Assembly (NCBI GenBank): GCA_043743535.1
Contig: JAYTWI010000020.1
Location: 10,039 to 74,038 of the forward strand
Length of the DNA stretch: 64,000 bases
Reading direction: 5' to 3'
Source of the DNA: Candidatus Moraniibacteriota bacterium
Lineage (GTDB): Bacteria; Patescibacteriota; Minisyncoccia; Moranbacterales; UBA1568
A model generated the notes under the pieces. It was not told the DNA's origin, ran no database searches, and saw only the letters and a program-made list of their open reading frames with translations. Both the position numbers and the translations under genes were made by a program. Positions 58,856 through 64,000 of the stretch are shown here, piece by piece (position 1 is the stretch's first letter; each line of letters begins with the position of its first letter).

Positions 58856-60004
58856 TTATTTACGAATAGGCATCATAATATAGAGGTATTCTTCTTTAGG
58901 ATGATTTTTTTCATCAAGCATCCGTAGTCCAGCCGGCGTACTACTGGTATTGGCCATAAAAAGAACTTTTTCGCCACCCAAAGCATTTATCCCCTCCAAA
59001 ACGTAGCGCGGATTGAAAATTATCACCAAATCACCCTCACCCGAAACAAAATCCACTGGTAAAACGGTCTTATTTTCCCCCACTTCTTGAGATTGCGAAA
59101 CAAAAGTACAGTTATTCTGTTCCTTACTGAAATGGAGCACTATTTCACCCGCACTATAGGAAGAAAAGGCTCCCCCAATCTTGATGGCCCTTTGGAGGGA
59201 TTCTCTTTCAAAGATAACTTGTGTGGTAAATGACTGTGGGATGATCTGCTTATAGTCTGGGTATTTTCCATTAATGATGCGAGAAACAATCTCTACCCCA
59301 TCTACCTCAAAAAAAAGCTGATTTTCCTCAAGCGCCATCTGCACCGCTATACTCTCCGGAGTTACCACTCGCATAATTTCACTTAAAACATTCCCTGGTA
59401 GTATTAAAGACTGATTATTTTTGAGAAATTCCTGATACTGTGACCCAGCCCCTGTAAAAGGGATAATCTCTTCCGCCAAGCGAAAACTGTCTGTGGCGGC
59501 AATATGTAGAGCCTGAGGAAAAAATGATATATGCACCCCTGTTAACTCTAGTCGTGCCTCATTCGTACTCACACAGAATAAAAGCCGAGAAAGGGCGTTT
59601 TTTAACTCCTGAGCAGGGAAGGAAAAAAAATATTCCTTTTTATACTGCGGAATAATAGGAAAATCCTTTCCATCCATCCCCTTGATTTTCATTTGGTACG
59701 TAGTACTTATTACTCGGAGATTCTGACTATCACTTTCCAACTCTAAAACATCACCACTAGGTAAATTATGAATAAAGTTACTGAGAATTTTTGCGGGAAC
59801 AGTTATTTTCCCTTCCTTTTCAATCTTTGCTCCAATAACCACGATAACACCAATTTCCAGATTGGTAGCAGAAAGCTTTAATCTCCCCTTTTCTGTTTCC
59901 AAAAGAAAGTTACTTAAAATTGGTAGGGTAGTTTGTTTCCCAACTACTCGTTCAAGATAAGAAAGGGCTTTGGCAAGATTTTCTTGAGTACAGATAATTT
60001 TCAT
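58856..60004 (-). CDS. dnaN: DNA polymerase III beta clamp
   Basis: LPILSN, ATNLE, ATDSFRL, YPDY, IMMPIR. Confidence 0.97.
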   Translation of the reverse strand: MKIICTQENLAKALSYLERVVGKQTTLPILSNFLLETEKGRLKLSATNLEIGVIVVIGAKIEKEGKITVPAKILSNFIHNLPSGDVLELESDSQNLRVISTTYQMKIKGMDGKDFPIIPQYKKEYFFSFPAQELKNALSRLLFCVSTNEARLELTGVHISFFPQALHIAATDSFRLAEEIIPFTGAGSQYQEFLKNNQSLILPGNVLSEIMRVVTPESIAVQMALEENQLFFEVDGVEIVSRIINGKYPDYKQIIPQSFTTQVIFERESLQRAIKIGGAFSSYSAGEIVLHFSKEQNNCTFVSQSQEVGENKTVLPVDFVSGEGDLVIIFNPRYVLEGINALGGEKVLFMANTSSTPAGLRMLDEKNHPKEEYLYIMMPIRK

Positions 60005-60266
60005 AGATTGTTTTGGTTAATTATTTAATGAAAGAGAAAGGGGATATTATTATAATTAGGAATGTGGATAACTGGATAACTGAGTGTTTTCTTTCTAATA
60101 GCGAACTTTTATCGGATGGGTGAGTAAAATACTTTAGGATAACTTTCATAATTTTGCGGACAAGTAAGGAGAAGTGAGATGGAGTGGATATTTATTCACT
60201 GCGGGACGATAGTTACACAGGAGCTATACGCTATTTTTCGGTGGTTATACAGGTTTATACAGATGT
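60005..60266. other. Replication origin oriC
   Basis: Perfect DnaA box TGTGGATAA at 60063-60071, several degenerate boxes, adjacent AT-rich tract; between dnaA and dnaN. Confidence 0.8.
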
Positions 60267-61679
60267 TTAACTGTAATAGAGACGTTCACGGAGGGTGGCG
60301 AGCTCTTCTTTGAGACGGAGGCTCTGTTCTTTATTCTTATTAATCTTTTCGTAAGCGTGTAGGACGGTGGTATGGTCACGTCCGCCCAAGAGTTGGCCGA
60401 TGGTGGAAAAAGCGGTTTGGAGTTCTTGACGCAAGAGATACATCATCACCTGCCTTGGATGAGAAATTTCTTTTTTTCGGCCTTTTTTTATCAGATCATC
60501 TTTGGTAATGTTGTAGAATTCACCAATGATACGAAAAACATCATCTACCTGTAAGTTTTTTTTGTTATTTTCAATCAGTTGCGAGAGAATCTTTTCCGTA
60601 TTTTCAATAGTAGGGGGTATTTTGTGAAATTCGCAGTAGGCGACGACTCGGTTGAGCGCCCCTTCGAGTTCACGGATATTTTGGGAAATATTTTCAGCGA
60701 TGAATCGGATGGCTGGAGTGTCTATAATAAAGCCTTTTTCGGCTAATTTTGACTCTAAGATAGCAATCCGTGTCTCGAGGGTAGGACGGCTAATATCAGT
60801 GATCATGCCGCCCTCGAAACGTGAGCGCAGGCGGTCTTCGAGCGTAGGAATGGCCTTCGGGGGGCGATCGCTTGAGATGACGATCTGTTTATTTATCTGG
60901 TAGAGAGCATTAAATATGTGGAAAAATTCATTCTGAGTTTTTTCTCGGCCGGAAAGGAACTGCACATCATCAATAATGAGGAGATCCATTTGCTGGTAGT
61001 ATTCTTTGAATGTATCAATCTTCTGATTTTTGATTGAATCCACCAGTTCAGTAGTAAAGCGTTCAGAAGTGATGTATTTAATGCGCTTTTCTGGGGAGTT
61101 TTTGACAACTTCATTGCCGATAGACTGGAGGAGGTGTGTTTTCCCTAATCCTACCCCACCATAAATGAAAAGTGGGTTGTAGGCCATCCCGAGGTTTTGA
61201 GAAACCGCAAAACAAGCTGCGCGGGCCAGATCGTTATTTTCCGCTACAATAAAATTTTCAAAAGTGTATCGGCTGTTTAAGTTGGCTTCGTGAAAAACTG
61301 GGGGCGTAGATTGTTCATCGCTGAAAGAAGGTTTCTCAATGAGCTTTTTTCGAAAGAATCCTGCATTTTCCGGACTTTTTACGGCATCGACTTTTTTGAT
61401 CGAATCAAGTGCTGGAGAAGTCGTGAATGTTTTATCAAGAGCTAAAGAACAACGTATTTCAGTAATATTGGGGTCGAAACTATATAGGGCCTTTAAGATA
61501 TAATGGTTATATTTATTCTCCAGCCATTCTTTGGCAAAACCATTTGGCACCCCGATAGTGACGACGCCTTCCTGGTTTTTGAGAATGCGGGTATTTTTAA
61601 ACCAGGTAATGAAGTTGGCTTTGGATATGGAGAGTTCAATCTGCCCCAAAACTGCCCGCCATAGCTCTTCATTCGTCAT
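60267..61679 (-). CDS. dnaA: Chromosomal replication initiator DnaA
   Basis: YNPLFIYGGVGLGKTHL, IDDVQF, RELEGAL, GGRDHTTV. Confidence 0.98.
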   Translation of the reverse strand: MTNEELWRAVLGQIELSISKANFITWFKNTRILKNQEGVVTIGVPNGFAKEWLENKYNHYILKALYSFDPNITEIRCSLALDKTFTTSPALDSIKKVDAVKSPENAGFFRKKLIEKPSFSDEQSTPPVFHEANLNSRYTFENFIVAENNDLARAACFAVSQNLGMAYNPLFIYGGVGLGKTHLLQSIGNEVVKNSPEKRIKYITSERFTTELVDSIKNQKIDTFKEYYQQMDLLIIDDVQFLSGREKTQNEFFHIFNALYQINKQIVISSDRPPKAIPTLEDRLRSRFEGGMITDISRPTLETRIAILESKLAEKGFIIDTPAIRFIAENISQNIRELEGALNRVVAYCEFHKIPPTIENTEKILSQLIENNKKNLQVDDVFRIIGEFYNITKDDLIKKGRKKEISHPRQVMMYLLRQELQTAFSTIGQLLGGRDHTTVLHAYEKINKNKEQSLRLKEELATLRERLYYS

Positions 61680-61860
61680 AGAGGCAGAAATTAAAACAAG
61701 TGAAGTAAATTATATCATGGGCACTAAGAACAAGCGAGAGACACGAAAGGGTGAATTGGTGGATAGATGGTGGATAAGTCTGATAAAGGCTCTATAATTG
61801 ACTTTTTTATCATTTCTGATACACTTCATAAACATTCGATAATTTACTCTCTCTCCCTGT

Positions 61861-62001
61861 ATGTCAAAGAAAACATACCAGCCGAAAAGTCGCAAACGTT
61901 CCCGTCGCCATGGTTTTTTGAAGCGCATGAATACCAAAGGAGGCCAGGCAATCATTACGCGCCGTCGTCGCCAGGGTCGCAAAAAACTCTCTGTCGCCTA
62001 A
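61861..62001 (+). CDS. rpmH: 50S ribosomal protein L34 (not in ORF track)
   Basis: [46 protein letters not shown]. Confidence 0.95.
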   Translation: MSKKTYQPKSRKRSRRHGFLKRMNTKGGQAIITRRRRQGRKKLSVA

Positions 62002-62013
62002 TTGCCTTCCTGT

Positions 62014-62361
62014 ATGCTGAAAAAAGGCTTTCGTCTAAGGAAAAAAGAGGATTTTGACCAGGTGTTTCGCAGAGGGAAACCCCTTTTTTTTGGAGAAATA
62101 GGCTGTAAAGTCTTGCCGAACAAACTGTCTCATTTGCGTCTTGGATTTTCTTTTAGCAAGAAGCATCTGGCTTTGGCAACAGAGAGGAACACTTTGCGAC
62201 GGATACTTTCCGAGGTTTTTACCCTCTCCCCAAAGCAGCCAGCAGAAGCCAGTATGGATATCGTCTTTTTTACCGTTAAAAAGCCAAAAAACATCGGTTT
62301 TTCCGCTATGAAACCACTGGCGGAAAGTGTTATTGAACATCTTGTCCATTCAATAAAATAA
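62014..62361 (+). CDS. rnpA: Ribonuclease P protein
   Basis: RLRKKEDFDQVF, RLGFSFSKK, ATERNTLRR. Confidence 0.9.
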   Translation: MLKKGFRLRKKEDFDQVFRRGKPLFFGEIGCKVLPNKLSHLRLGFSFSKKHLALATERNTLRRILSEVFTLSPKQPAEASMDIVFFTVKKPKNIGFSAMKPLAESVIEHLVHSIK

Positions 62362-62375
62362 ACAAACAGATATTT

Positions 62376-63128
62376 ATGACTGCACTTTTTCACTCCCTCA
62401 TCTTTCAGCCAGTCTACAACATCCTCATATTTTTCAATAACGTTATTCCGGGACATGACTTTGGGGTGGCTATCATCCTCACAACGCTGCTTATCAAGAC
62501 GCTTTTTATCCCCCTTTCCAAGAAGCAGATTGAATCTCAGAAAAAGATGCAGGAACTACAGCCACAGCTGAAGGCAATCCAGAAGAAGTACAAAGACAAT
62601 AAGGAACAGCAAACCAAGGCAGTCATGGCTTTTTACAAGGAAAATAAGGCAAATCCGCTCGCCGGCTGTCTTCCTTTACTTGTCCAATTAGTGGTCTTGA
62701 TTGCCATCTACCGAGTTATTATTACTATTTCGCAAGCCGGATTTACCGTGGAAGCAAGTGATCTCTATGCTTTTATGAGCAATCCTGGGGAAGTACATCA
62801 TTTGTTTCTGAATTTTGTTGATTTGACCAAGCCAAACTATGTGCTGGCCTTTCTTTCGGCTCTAGCACAGTATTTCCAGACAAAAATGCTTTTTCAAAAC
62901 CAGGAAAAGAAAGTGGTGGACAAAGAGACTTCCGAAGAACCAGATTTTGCCACTATAATGAATAAGCAGATGCTTTATTTAGGCCCCGGCATTACTTTTT
63001 TCATCGGTGTGACATTCCCGGCTGCATTGGCTCTTTATTGGCTCTTCTCTACTATCTTTATGATTGGACAACAGTTACTTATCGCCAAAAAGAAACAAGT
63101 TGTCACTCTGCTGACTCAAGGTAAGTAA
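62376..63128 (+). CDS. yidC: Membrane protein insertase YidC (short form)
   Basis: FGVAIILTT, MQELQPQL, NPLAGCLP, LYW. Confidence 0.93.
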   Translation: MTALFHSLIFQPVYNILIFFNNVIPGHDFGVAIILTTLLIKTLFIPLSKKQIESQKKMQELQPQLKAIQKKYKDNKEQQTKAVMAFYKENKANPLAGCLPLLVQLVVLIAIYRVIITISQAGFTVEASDLYAFMSNPGEVHHLFLNFVDLTKPNYVLAFLSALAQYFQTKMLFQNQEKKVVDKETSEEPDFATIMNKQMLYLGPGITFFIGVTFPAALALYWLFSTIFMIGQQLLIAKKKQVVTLLTQGK

Positions 63129-63145
63129 CGTCTAAGAGAAGCGCT

Positions 63146-63625
63146 ATGGCAAACAAACTTGAAACAACCTTCGAAATGATTGTGACTGAGATTCTCACTA
63201 AAATGGGATTTATAGCAACAGTCAAAGTGACAAGCAAAGAAGTCACCCCGATGAGCTTCTATTGTTCCGTCAGGGTGGAAGAAGGCCAGAACCTGCTTAT
63301 TGGCCAATATGGGGTCAATCTAGCTGCTCTTCAGCATATAGTGAGAGTCCTGGCACGTAGGCAGACCGGCGAAACGATGGAGATTGTGGTAGATATCAAC
63401 GATTATTTTGCGGAAAAGAAATCCCTTTTGGAAAGAGAGGCTGAAAAGGCTATGGAAGAAGCATTGCAGAACAATATTTCAGTTGCCCTCCGACCGATGC
63501 TCCCCTATGAACGAAAGATTATCCACGCTTTTCTCTCCACCAAGCCGAGTGTTACCACCGAAAGCGTCGGTCAGGGAGAATCACGGAAAGTGATGATCCG
63601 GCCACATCCAAAAACGGAAGAGTAA
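63146..63625 (+). CDS. jag: Jag/EloR RNA-binding protein (KH plus R3H)
   Basis: LIGQYGVNLAALQ, PMLPYERKIIH, ESVGQG. Confidence 0.88.
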   Translation: MANKLETTFEMIVTEILTKMGFIATVKVTSKEVTPMSFYCSVRVEEGQNLLIGQYGVNLAALQHIVRVLARRQTGETMEIVVDINDYFAEKKSLLEREAEKAMEEALQNNISVALRPMLPYERKIIHAFLSTKPSVTTESVGQGESRKVMIRPHPKTEE

Positions 63626-63669
63626 TAAGCCTTCCGAACGACGGACTAAACAGCAATTGTTTTCTAGTT

Positions 63670-64000
63670 ATGGTTATTGCCAGAAAAATTGCTTACAATG
63701 TCGTACTGAATTCCTTCCTCAAAGTTTTTTCGACGGTTATTTTGTCGCTTCTTTCTATCAGATTGATGACAGGGTATCTCGGCCAAGAGGGTTTTGGGAA
63801 GTATGCCACTGTTCTAGCCTTCTTTTCTTTCTTCACGGCTTTTGCTGACTTGGGCCTAGGTTCAGTCACGGCTCGCGAAATATCACGTCCCGGCGCCGAC
63901 GAAGGAGAAATCCTCGGCAACGTACTAGCTTTACGGCTTATTTCTTCTTTGACGCTCCTGCTTCTTTCTCCTTTGGTGGCGCTTTTCTCTCCATATGCTC
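63670..64000 (+). CDS. Polysaccharide flippase (Wzx-like), 5' part
   Basis: Open frame MVIARKIAYN...YLGQEGFGKY...DLGLGSVTAREIS running off the window end. Confidence 0.85.
   Translation, partial: MVIARKIAYNVVLNSFLKVFSTVILSLLSIRLMTGYLGQEGFGKYATVLAFFSFFTAFADLGLGSVTAREISRPGADEGEILGNVLALRLISSLTLLLLSPLVALFSPYA

Noticed and set aside
62361-62376. Absence of yidD between rnpA and yidC
   Set aside because: A common variation; the gene may lie elsewhere or be lost.

Overview
Chromosomal window from a small-genome bacterium that looks like Patescibacteria (CPR; Parcubacteria-type gene set and order, standard code with TGA stops; the taxon is inferred, not proven). It spans the replication origin (dciA-dnaN-oriC-dnaA / rpmH-rnpA-yidC-jag) and many housekeeping genes (pyk, htpX, lemA, murE, femAB-like, ruvA/B/C, rpsT, holA, mutM, polA, tsaE, tandem PilB, PBP1A). 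The main accessory feature is a complete diversity-generating retroelement (DGR, 20.75-23.5 kb). Its 124-bp TR and VR differ at 14 positions, all TR adenines. avd lies antisense between TR and RT, a shared C10/G10 tract sits in the 5' ends of both avd and RT (candidate phase switch), and the RT stop overlaps the murE start. Other accessory features: (i) a decaying defence cluster next to tRNA-Ser (HTH and DpnI relics, Bro-N, EcoRI-type MTase, DUF262-HNH, C5-MTase plus a GHKL ATPase ending in an RxxxxH HEPN-like motif); (ii) an AAA ATPase gene that appears inserted into the polA 5' end, leaving a polA relic; (iii) a 1540-aa repeat protein next to a SelO-like kinase-fold gene; (iv) two TrmB/orphan divergent modules with candidate operators; (v) a candidate rod-shaped ncRNA and a 75-bp dispersed hairpin repeat. 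All family assignments are by eye from motifs; no searches were run.
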